Numbered from the stretch's first letter, positions 40,230 to 50,406 are shown. The stretch is DNA of 64,000 bases from an uncultured Gemmatimonadales bacterium (GCA_963741945.1 CAVUKA010000005.1:512001-576000), one strand, 5' to 3'. Made by a program: numbers and translations. The notes: generated from the letters alone by a model not told the origin.

Positions 40230-43200
40230 ATGCGACGACGCCTTCGCCTCCCCTCACCGGTCCTCACGGCGCTCTTCGCCGCGGTGGCCGCCGCAGCCGT
40301 CAGCGCGCCGCTGTCGGCGCCGCTGTCGGCGCAGAGCGCCAGAGTGCGCGCGCCCGCAGCGGTGACCATCGACAGCACGTTCAACGGAATGGACGCCCGT
40401 GAGATCGGGCCGGCCGGCACCTCGGGTCGCGTGGCGGCGCTCGCCGTGTCGCCGCGCGACGAGCGGGTGATCTACGTGGGCGGGGCGACGGGCGGGGTGT
40501 GGAAGTCGCTGGATGGCGGGTACACGTGGACTTCCACGATGGACTCGGTGGCCGTGAACTCCATCGGCGCCATCGGGATCGCGCCATCGGCGCCGGACGT
40601 GGTCTACGTGGGCACGGGCGAAGCGAACGCGCGCAACAGCATGGGCGTGGGCCGGGGCGTGTGGAAGTCCACGGACGGTGGACGGACGTGGTCGTATCTG
40701 GGGCTGCCGGAGACGGAGCACACGGAGGCCATCGTCGTCCACCCGACCGACCCGCGCACGGTGTGGGTGACCGCCCTCGGCCCGGCGTGGAGCGATGGTA
40801 CGGAGCGGGGGGTGTTCAAGTCCACGGACGGCGGGAAGACGTGGAGGAAAGTGCTGTACGTGGACGAGCGGACGGGGGCGTTCGAGCTGGTCATGGACCC
40901 GTCGAACCCCGAGCACCTGCTGGCCTCCACGTGGACGTTCCGCCGGTGGCCGTGGTTCTTCGAGAGCGGCGGGAGCGGGAGCGGCCTGTGGGCGAGCTGG
41001 GATGGCGGGGAGACCTGGCGTCGCCAGACGGAGAAGGACGGGCTCCCGGCGGGCGAGCTGGGCCGGATCGGGCTGGCGTTCGCCACCAACGACCCGACGG
41101 TGGCGTACGCGCTGGTGGAAGCGGAGAACAGCGCGCTGCTGCGGAGCGATGATGGCGGAGTGAGCTGGAAGTCGGTGAACGCGGAGACGAACGTCAACGA
41201 ACGGGCGTTCTACTACAGCCGGATCTACGTGGACCCGACCAACGAGAACCGGGTGTACCGGGTCTCGGGCGACCTGTCGCGCAGCGATGACGGCGGCCGC
41301 ACGTTCGCGGTGATCGCGCCCTGGTCCAGCGTGCACGTGGACCACCACGCGTTCTGGGCGTTCGCCGACGGGAAGCGCATCGCTACCGGGAACGATGGCG
41401 GCGTGTTCATCTCGAACGATCGGGGCGGCTCCTGGCGGTTCGTGGAGAACCTGCCGCTGGCGCAGTTCTACCACATCAGCGTGGACAACCAGGTCCCGTT
41501 CCACGTCTATGGCGGTCTGCAGGACAACGGCTCCTGGACGGCGCCGAGCCAGAGCTGGGTCATGCCCTCGTTCGCCGGCTCGAACATCGTGAACGAGGAC
41601 TGGCAGACCATCGGCTTCGGCGACGGCTTTGCCGCTCTCGCCGACCCGAACGACCCGACGCTCGGCTACAGCATGAGCCAGGAAGGCTACCTCATGCGCT
41701 TCGACCTGAAGACGGGCGAGACCGCCAGCATCCGCCCGCCGGCACCCGACAGCGCGACGAAGCTGCGCTTCAACTGGAACGCCGCCATCGCCATGGACCC
41801 GTTCGACCCCGGCGTGGTCTACTTCGGCAGCCAGTTCGTGCACGTGACCCGCGACTTCGGGGAGACGTGGAGCATCATCAGCCCCGACCTGACCACGAAC
41901 AACCCGGAATACCAGAAGCAGAACGAGTCGGGCGGGCTGACCACGGACGCCACGGGGGCGGAGAACTACACCACGATCCTGACCCTCTCCCCATCGCCGG
42001 TCGAGCAGGGCGTGCTCTGGGTCGGCACCGATGACGGCAACGTCCAGCTCACCCGCGACGGCGGGAAGACGTGGACGAACGTGGTGGACCGGATCAAAGG
42101 CGTGCCCCGTGGGACGTGGGTCCCCCACGTGGAGGCATCGAAGCACGCGGCCGGCACCGCGTACGTGGTGTTCGACAACCACCGCCGCGGCGACTGGACG
42201 CCATACGTGTATCGCACCACCGACTACGGCCGGAGCTGGCAGGCGCTCTCCCCCGGCCAGATCGACGGCTTCGTCCACACCATCGAGGAGGACCCGGTCG
42301 AGCCGAACCTCCTCTTCCTCGGCACGGAGTTCGGACTCTACTTCAGCCTCGACGCCGGCCAGCACTGGGGCAAGTGGACCCACGGCGGCTTCCCCGCGGG
42401 CGTCCCGGTGCGCGCCCTCGTGGTCCACCCCCGCGACGGCGACCTGGTGGCGGGCACCCACGGCCGCGGCGCGTGGATCATCGACGACGTCCGGCCGCTC
42501 CGCGCCATGGCCCACGACGCGGCCGTGGCCGCTTCGGACCTCCACCTCTTCGACATCCCGCAGGCGTACAAGCACACCGTGGGCATCACCGGACCGTTCT
42601 ACTTCCCCGGCGACACCCGATTCCAGGGGGAGAACCGCCCGTACGGCGCGTTGATCTCCTACTACGTCTCGCCGGACGCCGCCGCCGATACCGCGGCCGC
42701 GAAGGGCGGGGCGGGTGCCGGAACCGGCGGCGAAGCGGCCGCGGAGGGTGGCGAGCCCGAGCAGGAAGGGCCGCCCTGGGAACAGGCCGGGCGGCCGTCG
42801 GGCGGCCCCGTGACCATCGAGATCCTGAAGGCGGACTCCGTCATCCGGACCTTGAAAGGCCCTGCGGAGGCGGGCGTGAACCGCGTCGCCTGGGGGCTCG
42901 AGCGCAGCGGCGTGCGCGTCCCCGGCTCCGACACCACCTCGCCGGAGCCACGCGGGCCGGAAGTGGTCCCGGGGACGTACGGCGTGCGCGTCACGTTCGG
43001 AGACCACGTGGCGAACGGCGAAGTGGACGTGGCGCCGGATCCGCGGCGCGAGAAGCCCGTGGAGGCCACGCTCGCCAGCACTGCCATCTACTACCGCGGG
43101 CAGACGCGCCTGGCCGACCTGCGCGCCACCACCCGGAAGCTCAATGAGACGAGGGAAACCCTGGCGCTGGTGCAGAAGAAGCTGAAGACCTGGCGTGGCG

Positions 43201-43529
43201 CCGACGCCGACACCCGCGACTCACTGACGGAGCGGACCCGCGACATCACGAAGAGCGTGGACCGGCTTCTCGATCGGCTGCGGCTCCCCGAGGACACGAA
43301 GGGGATCGTCGCGGACTCCACCGTCACGGCGAAGCTCAGCCAGGCGCTGGGCGAGGCCACCGGCACCCCCTACGCCCCATCGCCGCAGCGGGTGCAGCAG
43401 CTGGAGTGGGCCCTCGCCAGGGTGGACGGCGCCATGGCGGACATCGAACAGTTCTACACCGTCGAGCTGCCGCGCTACCGCGACGCGCTCCACGACGCCG
43501 GCTTCGAGCTATTGGGCGGCGCCCCCTAG
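40230..43529 (+). CDS. Secreted VPS10/BNR-repeat beta-propeller (glycosyl hydrolase-like) protein
   Basis: Multiple Asp-box repeats SxDGGxTW; 'GGLQDNG', 'RFNWNA', 'GTHGRG'. Confidence 0.85.
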   Translation: MRRRLRLPSPVLTALFAAVAAAAVSAPLSAPLSAQSARVRAPAAVTIDSTFNGMDAREIGPAGTSGRVAALAVSPRDERVIYVGGATGGVWKSLDGGYTWTSTMDSVAVNSIGAIGIAPSAPDVVYVGTGEANARNSMGVGRGVWKSTDGGRTWSYLGLPETEHTEAIVVHPTDPRTVWVTALGPAWSDGTERGVFKSTDGGKTWRKVLYVDERTGAFELVMDPSNPEHLLASTWTFRRWPWFFESGGSGSGLWASWDGGETWRRQTEKDGLPAGELGRIGLAFATNDPTVAYALVEAENSALLRSDDGGVSWKSVNAETNVNERAFYYSRIYVDPTNENRVYRVSGDLSRSDDGGRTFAVIAPWSSVHVDHHAFWAFADGKRIATGNDGGVFISNDRGGSWRFVENLPLAQFYHISVDNQVPFHVYGGLQDNGSWTAPSQSWVMPSFAGSNIVNEDWQTIGFGDGFAALADPNDPTLGYSMSQEGYLMRFDLKTGETASIRPPAPDSATKLRFNWNAAIAMDPFDPGVVYFGSQFVHVTRDFGETWSIISPDLTTNNPEYQKQNESGGLTTDATGAENYTTILTLSPSPVEQGVLWVGTDDGNVQLTRDGGKTWTNVVDRIKGVPRGTWVPHVEASKHAAGTAYVVFDNHRRGDWTPYVYRTTDYGRSWQALSPGQIDGFVHTIEEDPVEPNLLFLGTEFGLYFSLDAGQHWGKWTHGGFPAGVPVRALVVHPRDGDLVAGTHGRGAWIIDDVRPLRAMAHDAAVAASDLHLFDIPQAYKHTVGITGPFYFPGDTRFQGENRPYGALISYYVSPDAAADTAAAKGGAGAGTGGEAAAEGGEPEQEGPPWEQAGRPSGGPVTIEILKADSVIRTLKGPAEAGVNRVAWGLERSGVRVPGSDTTSPEPRGPEVVPGTYGVRVTFGDHVANGEVDVAPDPRREKPVEATLASTAIYYRGQTRLADLRATTRKLNETRETLALVQKKLKTWRGADADTRDSLTERTRDITKSVDRLLDRLRLPEDTKGIVADSTVTAKLSQALGEATGTPYAPSPQRVQQLEWALARVDGAMADIEQFYTVELPRYRDALHDAGFELLGGAP

Positions 43530-43564
43530 CCCCCGGGGGCTGCCCCCGGGGGGCGGGCGGGCCC

Positions 43565-43645
43565 GCGGGGGCTGCGGGGGCTGCGGGGGCTGCGGGGGCT
43601 GCGGGGGGTGCGGGGGCTGCGGGGGGTGCGGGGGGTGCGGGGGCG
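43565..43645. repeat. 9-bp G-rich tandem repeat, about 9 copies
   Basis: (GCGGGGGCT / GCGGGGGGT)n in the intergenic region. Confidence 0.9.
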
Positions 43646-43647
43646 AT

Positions 43648-43747
43648 TGAACGATTCACGGCAAATATCGCCGGCGATCGTTCAGCGGGATACGGCGCCG
43701 GGGTCGAGTGAACGATCATCGGCACATAGTGCCGTTCTTCGTACAGC
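43648..43747. repeat. Two imperfect ~39-bp palindromic units, 61-bp period (REP-like)
   Basis: TGAACGATtcaCGGCaaatatcGCCGgcgATCGTTCAgc (43648-43686) and TGAACGATcatCGGCAcatagTGCCGttcTTCGTACAgc (43709-43747). Confidence 0.55.
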
Positions 43748-43906
43748 CGCCGATTCCGCGCTGCCCACTGCGCGATCGCCGCCGGCCACCCCCGCCCGGC
43801 GGCCACCCCCGCCCGGCCGCCCAGCCACCCCACCCCCCCCGGGCCGCCCCGCCCCCCTCCCCCCCGGGGCACTGGCCCCCCGCCGGGCGGCCCGTAGCTT
43901 GTCGGC

Positions 43907-45451
43907 ATGACGAGCCGCCGCGACCCCGCCCTCCCTTCCTCCTCGGACCCGACCCCGCCCCTCGTCGGCGTCTACAAGGCGCGCTGGGAGGACTTCGTGG
44001 TCGAGGAGATCCTGGCGCGGGAGCCGGACGGCCGCGGTGACCACCTGTGGCTGGAGGTGGAGAAGCGCGGGCTGACCACTGCGCGCGCGGCCGGAGACCT
44101 GGCGCGAGCCCTCGGCGTGAAGGCGTCGTCCGTGGGATACGCCGGCATGAAGGACGCCCGGGCGGTCGCCCGGCAATGGATGAGCGTGGAGCACGTGGCG
44201 CCCGAGCGGGCGCTGGCGCTGGCGATCCCCCGCATCCGGGTGCTGCGGGCCGTCCGTCACCCGCGGAAGCTGCGCCGGGGCTGGCACGCGGGGAACCGCT
44301 TCGCCATCCGGCTCCGCGGCTCTTCGGCGCCGGCGCGGGGTTCGGAGGCGGAGCTGGCTTCGCGCGGCGGGGCCGACGCCGGGGGCGGCGGGGGCGGCGG
44401 GGGCGGCGGGGCCGCCGCGGGCGGTGGGGGCGGTGGGGGCGGTGGGGGCGGTGCGGGCGCCGCGGGCGGCGGGGCCGCCGGGGGCTCCGGGGGCTCCGGG
44501 GGCTCCGGGGGCTCCGGGGGCTCCGGGGGCTCCGGGGGCGGCGGGGGCGGTGGGCTGTCGGTGGAGACACCGGAGGCGCTGGAGTGTGCCGAGCGGCGGC
44601 TGGAGGTCCTCGTCGCCCGGGGCGTTGCGAACCGGTACGGGCCGCAGCGCTTCGGAACGCGCGGGGATACGTGGCGCGTGGGGCGGGCGCTGGCGCGGGA
44701 TCGCTGGGCCGAGGCGGCTGCGCTCATCGCCGGTCGCCCGCTCCGGCCGGCTGACCCGGACGTGGACCCGGCCGCCGGCGTCTTTCCGGATGTGGGGGAC
44801 GTCCTCCGTGCCCGGGAGCTGTTCGACGCCGGCCGGTTCGGGGATGCCGCGGCCGCCTGGCCGCGCGGCTTTGACCAGTGCGCGCGCCTGGCCCGGGCGA
44901 TGGAGCGCACGGGTGGCGACGCCGGTCGCGCCCTGGCCGTGGTCGGCAAGCGCATGCTCCGCCTCTACGCGTCCGCCTACCAGTCGTGGCTGTTCAACCG
45001 TGTGCTCGACGAGCGCCTGTCCGCGCTCGACCGGCTCCTGCCGGGCGATCTGGCGTGGAAGCACGACACGGAAGCGCTCTTCCTGGTGGAGGACGCCGCG
45101 GCCGAGCAGCCCCGGTCGGACGCGTTCGAGATCTCGCCCACCGGCCCCCTGGTGGGCCGCCGCATGCGGGCGCCGGCCGGGCAGGCGGCGGCGCTGGAAG
45201 CCCGCGTTCTCGAAGGCGCCGGGTTCGAACGCTCCGAACTCGACTCCCGCGCCATGGCGCCGTTGAGCGGCGGGCGCCGGCCCCTCCGGTTCCCCCTCGT
45301 CGAAGCGGGACTCGGGCGAGGCGACGACGGGCTCGGCCCCTTCCTCGAGATCCGCTTCGCCCTGCCGCCGGGCTGCTACGCCACCACCGTGCTGGCGGAG
45401 CTGGGCGGCGGCGGGATCGTGGAAGCGGCCGGGGCGGACGACGGGGGCTGA
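43907..45451 (+). CDS. truD: tRNA pseudouridine(13) synthase TruD with a glycine-rich insertion
   Basis: 'EDFVVEE', 'GYAGMKDARAVARQW' (catalytic Asp), 'GNRFAIRLR', 'NRYGPQRFG', 'SAYQSWLFN', 'FALPPGCYAT'. Confidence 0.93.
   Translation: MTSRRDPALPSSSDPTPPLVGVYKARWEDFVVEEILAREPDGRGDHLWLEVEKRGLTTARAAGDLARALGVKASSVGYAGMKDARAVARQWMSVEHVAPERALALAIPRIRVLRAVRHPRKLRRGWHAGNRFAIRLRGSSAPARGSEAELASRGGADAGGGGGGGGGGAAAGGGGGGGGGGGAGAAGGGAAGGSGGSGGSGGSGGSGGSGGGGGGGLSVETPEALECAERRLEVLVARGVANRYGPQRFGTRGDTWRVGRALARDRWAEAAALIAGRPLRPADPDVDPAAGVFPDVGDVLRARELFDAGRFGDAAAAWPRGFDQCARLARAMERTGGDAGRALAVVGKRMLRLYASAYQSWLFNRVLDERLSALDRLLPGDLAWKHDTEALFLVEDAAAEQPRSDAFEISPTGPLVGRRMRAPAGQAAALEARVLEGAGFERSELDSRAMAPLSGGRRPLRFPLVEAGLGRGDDGLGPFLEIRFALPPGCYATTVLAELGGGGIVEAAGADDGG
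44381..44554 (+). repeat. In-frame poly-Gly/GGS tandem-repeat expansion in truD
   Basis: (GGGGGCGGC)n, (GGGGGCGGT)n and (GGGGGCTCC)6 at 44480-44533; 58 codons, about 44 of them Gly. Confidence 0.9.
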
Positions 45452-45554
45452 GGCGCGCCCCGAGGTCGGCTCGCCGCGGCGTCGCTGGCACCCGCGTTGC
45501 ACCGGTGTATGCGGAACATGCACGTGGCTCGATCAGAATCCGGAGAGGACAGCA

Positions 45555-46193
45555 ATGAAACAAGCGTGGACGCGCGTCGTTCCCGCCCTCGCGCTCACGA
45601 TCGCTGCGGCGGGGTGCAGCGGCAATACGCTCGGCGCCATCGGCGACATCCTGAACACGCCCATCGGCGGCAGCGGCCAGGCGCAGTCCGGGAACGTGAC
45701 CGTGGAGATCCAGCAGGTCCAGGAGTCGCAGCAGCAGATCATCGTGAACACCCAGGACGGCCAGCAGGGGGCGGTGCTCTACGACCAGAACACGCAGGTG
45801 GTCTACCAGAACCAGCAGTACCCGGTCACGTCGCTGGAGCAGGGCGACGTCGTGAACATGCACGTCCAGCAGGTGCAGCAGGGCTATTACACGGACGTCA
45901 TCGAGGTCCAGACGCCGGTGCAGCAGCGGCAGGGCGGCACCACCACGGGGCCGGCCTCGGGCGTGCTCCAGATCGAGGGGACCATCGGCCAGGTGAACGC
46001 CAGCCAGGCCTGGTTCACCCTGAACATGACGCAGGGCGGCACGGTCACCATCACCATCCCGAGCACCGCCAGCAGCGCCGCCCGGGCACGCCTGAGCGAC
46101 TACCGCGCCGGCGACTACGTGCGGGTCGAGGTCCGGCAGACCGGCAGCGACACGGCCACCCTGGTGCAGTGGGGGTGGGAGAACTACCCGTAG
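45555..46193 (+). CDS. Lipoprotein with two small OB-like (DUF5666-like) domains
   Basis: Lipobox AAGC; 'LEQGDVV' and 'YRAGDYVRVE' repeats; Gln-rich. Confidence 0.7.
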   Translation: MKQAWTRVVPALALTIAAAGCSGNTLGAIGDILNTPIGGSGQAQSGNVTVEIQQVQESQQQIIVNTQDGQQGAVLYDQNTQVVYQNQQYPVTSLEQGDVVNMHVQQVQQGYYTDVIEVQTPVQQRQGGTTTGPASGVLQIEGTIGQVNASQAWFTLNMTQGGTVTITIPSTASSAARARLSDYRAGDYVRVEVRQTGSDTATLVQWGWENYP

Positions 46194-46226
46194 GCGGGCA
46201 CGCGCTCACGCCCTATCTTGGCGGGC

Positions 46227-47453
46227 ATGGCCAACCGCACCGATGACCCGGCGAAGCGCGCCGCGGGACGCCCCGGGCGCACCCCCGTGAGCGCCGCGGC
46301 CGCCATTCCCCGAACGGTCGCTTCGACCGCGCGCTGGAGCGCGCTGCGCATCCGGCGGGGGCTGAAACGGGCCGGCGTCCCCCTCCCGCGGCTGCACACG
46401 TTCCGCCGCCGCTCTCCCGTCGGGTCCGCGCCCGGCACGCTCATCTCCCACCCCGACGCCAAGCCGCCGGTCATCCGGGTGATGGGCTACGGCCCCGACC
46501 AGCTGGAGGAGCTGGAGGTGGCGTCGGCCGCCGAGCTGAACGCGTTGCGGCACCGCTGGCCCGTGCTCTGGGTGGACGTGGAAGGCGTGGGGGACGCGGA
46601 CGCCATGGCGGCCATCGGCGAGGAGTTCGGGCTGCACCGCCTGGCGCTGGAAGACGTGATCAACACGCACCAGCGGCCGAAGGTGGAGGAGTACCCGGAC
46701 TACCTGTTCATGGCCGCCCGGATGGCTTCCATCCGCGACCGCGTGGACACGGAGCAGATATCACTGTTCCTCGGGTCCGGCTGGGTGCTCACGTTCCAGG
46801 AGCACGAGGGCGACCCGTTCGGCCCCGTCCGCGACCGGCTGAAGGCAGGACGGGGGCGGATCCGGACCGACGGCGCGGACTACCTGTTCTATGCGCTGAT
46901 CGACGCCATCGTCGACGGCTTCTACCCCGTTCTCGAGGAGTTCGGCGATCGCCTGGAAGACCTGGAGGAGTACGTCATTGCCGACCCCAGCGAGGGACTT
47001 GTGGGCGTCATCCACGGCGCCCGGCGCGACGCGCTCTCCCTCCGCCACGCGCTCTGGCCGATGCGCGAGGCCATGGCCCAGCTTTACCGCGATCCGCACC
47101 CCCTCATCACCGAGACCACCCACCTCTATCTGCGCGACGCCTACGACCACACCATCCAGGTCCTGGACCTGCTCGACAACTTCCGCGAGATGGGCAGCGC
47201 GCTGCTCGACGTCTACCTTTCGAGCGTCAGCCAGAAGATGAACGAGGTGATGAAGGTCCTCACCATCATCGCCACCATCTTCATTCCCCTGACGTTCATC
47301 GTGGGTGTGTACGGGATGAACTTCAAGACGGAGGTCAGCCCCTGGAACATGCCCGAGCTCGGCTGGTACTGGGGCTACCCCGCGGTGATGGCCTTCATGT
47401 TCGTCATTGCCCTCGCGCTCGTGGGCTACTTTCGCTGGAAGCGCTGGCTGTGA
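46227..47453 (+). CDS. corA: Magnesium/cobalt transporter CorA
   Basis: 'GLHRLALEDV..HQRPKVEEY', 'MNEVMKVLT...PLTFIVGVYGMNF...MPEL'; start uncertain. Confidence 0.95.
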   Translation: MANRTDDPAKRAAGRPGRTPVSAAAAIPRTVASTARWSALRIRRGLKRAGVPLPRLHTFRRRSPVGSAPGTLISHPDAKPPVIRVMGYGPDQLEELEVASAAELNALRHRWPVLWVDVEGVGDADAMAAIGEEFGLHRLALEDVINTHQRPKVEEYPDYLFMAARMASIRDRVDTEQISLFLGSGWVLTFQEHEGDPFGPVRDRLKAGRGRIRTDGADYLFYALIDAIVDGFYPVLEEFGDRLEDLEEYVIADPSEGLVGVIHGARRDALSLRHALWPMREAMAQLYRDPHPLITETTHLYLRDAYDHTIQVLDLLDNFREMGSALLDVYLSSVSQKMNEVMKVLTIIATIFIPLTFIVGVYGMNFKTEVSPWNMPELGWYWGYPAVMAFMFVIALALVGYFRWKRWL

Positions 47454-47917
47454 GAGCCGCGCTCGGTCTCCTCGGGTTCCTCGCCCTCACGTTCGCCGTG
47501 GCGGGGATCGGCGGGTGGTTCACCTCCATGGGCGTCGGCGACTGGTACGCGACGATCCGGAAGCCCTCGTTCAACCCGCCCTCCGCCGTCTTCGGCCCCG
47601 TCTGGACCGTCCTCTACGCCCTCATGGCCGTGGCCGCGTGGCTCGTGTGGCGCCGCGCCGGCTTCCACGGCGCTTCCGCCGCCCTCGCCCTCTTCTTCAT
47701 CCAGCTCGCCCTCAACCTGGCGTGGTCCGGGCTCTTCTTCGCCCTGCGCTCACCCGGGCTGGCGCTCCTGGACATCGCCGCGCTCTGGGTGGCGATCCTC
47801 GCCACCGTGGTGCTCTTCTTCCAGCACTCCACCTGGGCCGGCGCCCTGCTCGTCCCGTACCTGCTCTGGGTCTCCTTCGCCGCGCTCCTGAACGGGGCCA
47901 TCTGGCGCCTGAACTGA
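47450..47917 (+). CDS. tspO: TspO/MBR family tryptophan-rich sensory protein
   Basis: 'WY..IRKPSFNPP..VFGPVWT.LY', 'QLALNLAWS', 'LVPYLLWVSFA'. Confidence 0.92.
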   Translation: MRAALGLLGFLALTFAVAGIGGWFTSMGVGDWYATIRKPSFNPPSAVFGPVWTVLYALMAVAAWLVWRRAGFHGASAALALFFIQLALNLAWSGLFFALRSPGLALLDIAALWVAILATVVLFFQHSTWAGALLVPYLLWVSFAALLNGAIWRLN

Positions 47918-48072
47918 CCCCCGCCGGTTCCCGACGGCCGGGACCGAGCCACGCCAGCCGCCGGGAGGCGCCACAACGCTCACCCCGCTCCGCGCGTCCT
48001 ACTCCCAGCCTCCGAAGCCCCACCCCCGCCCGAGCCGGGCGGTGCGCACAACGTCGATCGCCGGAGAACGTC

Positions 48073-49611
48073 ATGAAGCGCATGATCCTGAGCGCCGCAG
48101 CCGCCGCCGTGCTGGCCTGCGGTGCCGTACCCCTGTCCGCGCAGGTCGCCCGGGAGCGGGTGGACCTGGATGTCGTCGCCCGGATCCGGGACGAGGGGCT
48201 GAGCCGGTCGCAGATCCCCGAGATGGCCAGCTACCTGACCGATGTCGTCGGCCCCCGCCTCACGGGCTCCCCCGGGATCCGGCGGGCGTACGACTGGACC
48301 GCGTCCACCATGCGCGGCTGGGGGCTGGAGAACGTGGCCGTGGAGCCGTGGGGCGAGTTCGGGCGCGGGTGGGAGAACCTCTCCGTATCCATGCGCGCGC
48401 TCACGCCGTACGCGCAGCCGCTGGAAGCGTGGCCGGTAGGCTGGTCCGGGAGCACGCGCGGGACGGTGAAAGGTCGCGCGGTGATCGTGGACGCGCAGTC
48501 CGCCGAGGATCTCGCGGCGTACCGCGGCAAGCTGAAGGGCGCGTTCGTCCTGCTCCAGCCGTTCCAGCCCATCGAGCCCGAATGGCAGTCGCCGGACCGG
48601 CGCGCGTCGCTGGACGAGCTCCTGGCCCCGCCGGCGCAGACCGGCGCGGCCGACGCCGATGCGGCAGCCAGCCGGGAGCGCATGCGGGCGGAGTGGCAGA
48701 AGCGGCGCGAGCTGCGCGCCGCCATGGACGAGCTGTTCATCGGTGAGAAAGTGGCCGCCATCCTCCAGCCGTCGCGCTGGACGTACGGCATGATGCTGGT
48801 CGGCGGGACCCGCGCCTACGCGAAGGATGCGCCGGTGGGCCCGCCGGAGCTGGTGCTCGCCCACGAGGACTACGGCCAGATCTGGCGCAACGTCGAGCGC
48901 GGGGAGCCCGTGGAGCTGGAGCTGAACGTCGCCAACCGGTGGTACGACGACGACCTCCAGGGCTACAACGTCCTGGCCGACATCCCGGGCACCGACCTGG
49001 CCGACCAGTACGTCATGATCGGCGGGCACATCGACTCCTGGCACCCGGGCACCGGCGCCACCGACAACGCCGCCGGCACCGTGGTCATGATGGAGGCCAT
49101 GCGCATCCTCAAGACGCTCGGGCTGCCCATGCGCCGGACCGTCCGCATCGGCCTGTGGAGCGCCGAGGAGCAGGGGCTCATCGGGTCGCGCCGGTGGGTC
49201 GAGAACCACCCGGAGCTCCACGACCGCATCTCCGCGTACCTGAACTTCGACAACGGCACCGGCCGGATCCGCGGCATCCACACCCAGAGCAACGCCGCCG
49301 TGGTCCCCGTCTTCGAGCAGCTGCTCTGGCCGTTCCGCGACCTGGGCGTCGTGGCCGTCCGCAACGACGACACCGGTGGCACCGACCACCTTTCGTTCGA
49401 CCGCGCGGGCATCCCCGGCTTCCAGTTCATCCAGGACCCCATCGAGTACTCGTTCCGCACCCACCACAGCAACATCGACACGTACGAGCGCCTGGTGATC
49501 GATGACCTCGAGCAGTCCGCCGTGGTGGTGGCCGCGCTCGTCTACCACCTGGCCAACCGCGACGAGATGCTGCCGCGGAAGCCCGCCGAGGCGACGGCGG
49601 CCGCACGGTAG
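48073..49611 (+). CDS. M28 family metallopeptidase (carboxypeptidase Q-like)
   Basis: Signal peptide; 'GPRLTGS', 'GGHIDSW', 'GATDN', 'AEEQGL', 'GTDH', 'HHSN'. Confidence 0.9.
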   Translation: MKRMILSAAAAAVLACGAVPLSAQVARERVDLDVVARIRDEGLSRSQIPEMASYLTDVVGPRLTGSPGIRRAYDWTASTMRGWGLENVAVEPWGEFGRGWENLSVSMRALTPYAQPLEAWPVGWSGSTRGTVKGRAVIVDAQSAEDLAAYRGKLKGAFVLLQPFQPIEPEWQSPDRRASLDELLAPPAQTGAADADAAASRERMRAEWQKRRELRAAMDELFIGEKVAAILQPSRWTYGMMLVGGTRAYAKDAPVGPPELVLAHEDYGQIWRNVERGEPVELELNVANRWYDDDLQGYNVLADIPGTDLADQYVMIGGHIDSWHPGTGATDNAAGTVVMMEAMRILKTLGLPMRRTVRIGLWSAEEQGLIGSRRWVENHPELHDRISAYLNFDNGTGRIRGIHTQSNAAVVPVFEQLLWPFRDLGVVAVRNDDTGGTDHLSFDRAGIPGFQFIQDPIEYSFRTHHSNIDTYERLVIDDLEQSAVVVAALVYHLANRDEMLPRKPAEATAAAR

Positions 49612-49684
49612 CCCGCCGTCGACGCCGCGACGGCGGCAGCCGACACCCGGGTGGCGCGGCCCGGAGCGGGCGGGCGACCCATCG

Positions 49685-49720
49685 CGAAGGGGCGTGGGAT
49701 TTACGTTCCACGCCCCTTCG
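49685..49720. terminator. 13-bp stem hairpin
   Basis: CGAAGGGGCGTGG pairs with CCACGCCCCTTCG, downstream of the peptidase gene. Confidence 0.5.
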
Positions 49721-49785
49721 TCGTCCTCTGGATGAAGCGCCGGCCCGGTGCCGGCTCACCGGACCACCCATCGATCGAGGATCAC

Positions 49786-50400
49786 ATGACCACGCGACGC
49801 CTCCTGCCCGTTCTCGCACTCCTCGCCATTGCCGCGTGCGACGACCCGACGCCCCCGGACGCCGGACGCCTGACCGACCCCGAGCTTGCGAACCTCTCCG
49901 ACGCCATGGTCGGCGACGACTTCGCCAACACCACGGCGGCCGCCGAGATCGGCGTCGCGCCGGCCGCCACGTCCACCTTCAGCGCGAGCCCCAGGAGCGG
50001 GACCATGGACTTCACCGCCACGTGGACCTGCCCGCTCGGCGGCCAGATCAGTGTGGCGGGAACGCGGACGCGCGAATGGGACTTCGAGGCGGGCACCGGG
50101 TCCATGGACCTGTCCGTGACCAAGACGCACCTGGACTGCGCCCGGCAGCTCCCGGCCACCACGATCACGTTGAACGGCGATGTGGCGCTCCTGGCACACC
50201 ACGAATGGGAGCGGCACGCACGCCGGGGCGCCCAGACCATGTCGCTCGACGGGGAGCTCGGATGGGTCACCGCCGACGGCCGCGAGGGCACCTGCACCAT
50301 CGATGTGGACGCGGTCTACGACCCGGCCACCGCCACCCGCACCGTCTCCGGCACCTTCTGCGACCGCGAGATCAGCATCACCCGCAGCTGGAGCTGGTAG
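49786..50400 (+). CDS. Hypothetical lipoprotein
   Basis: MTTRRLLPVLALLAIAAC lipobox; 'CPLGG', 'GTFC'; beta-rich. Confidence 0.75.
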   Translation: MTTRRLLPVLALLAIAACDDPTPPDAGRLTDPELANLSDAMVGDDFANTTAAAEIGVAPAATSTFSASPRSGTMDFTATWTCPLGGQISVAGTRTREWDFEAGTGSMDLSVTKTHLDCARQLPATTITLNGDVALLAHHEWERHARRGAQTMSLDGELGWVTADGREGTCTIDVDAVYDPATATRTVSGTFCDREISITRSWSW

Positions 50401-50406
50401 CGGCCG

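Noticed and set aside
43648-43747. Possible mini-CRISPR array
   Set aside because: Only two divergent units with a 22-bp spacer and no cas genes in the window; kept as a REP-like repeat instead.
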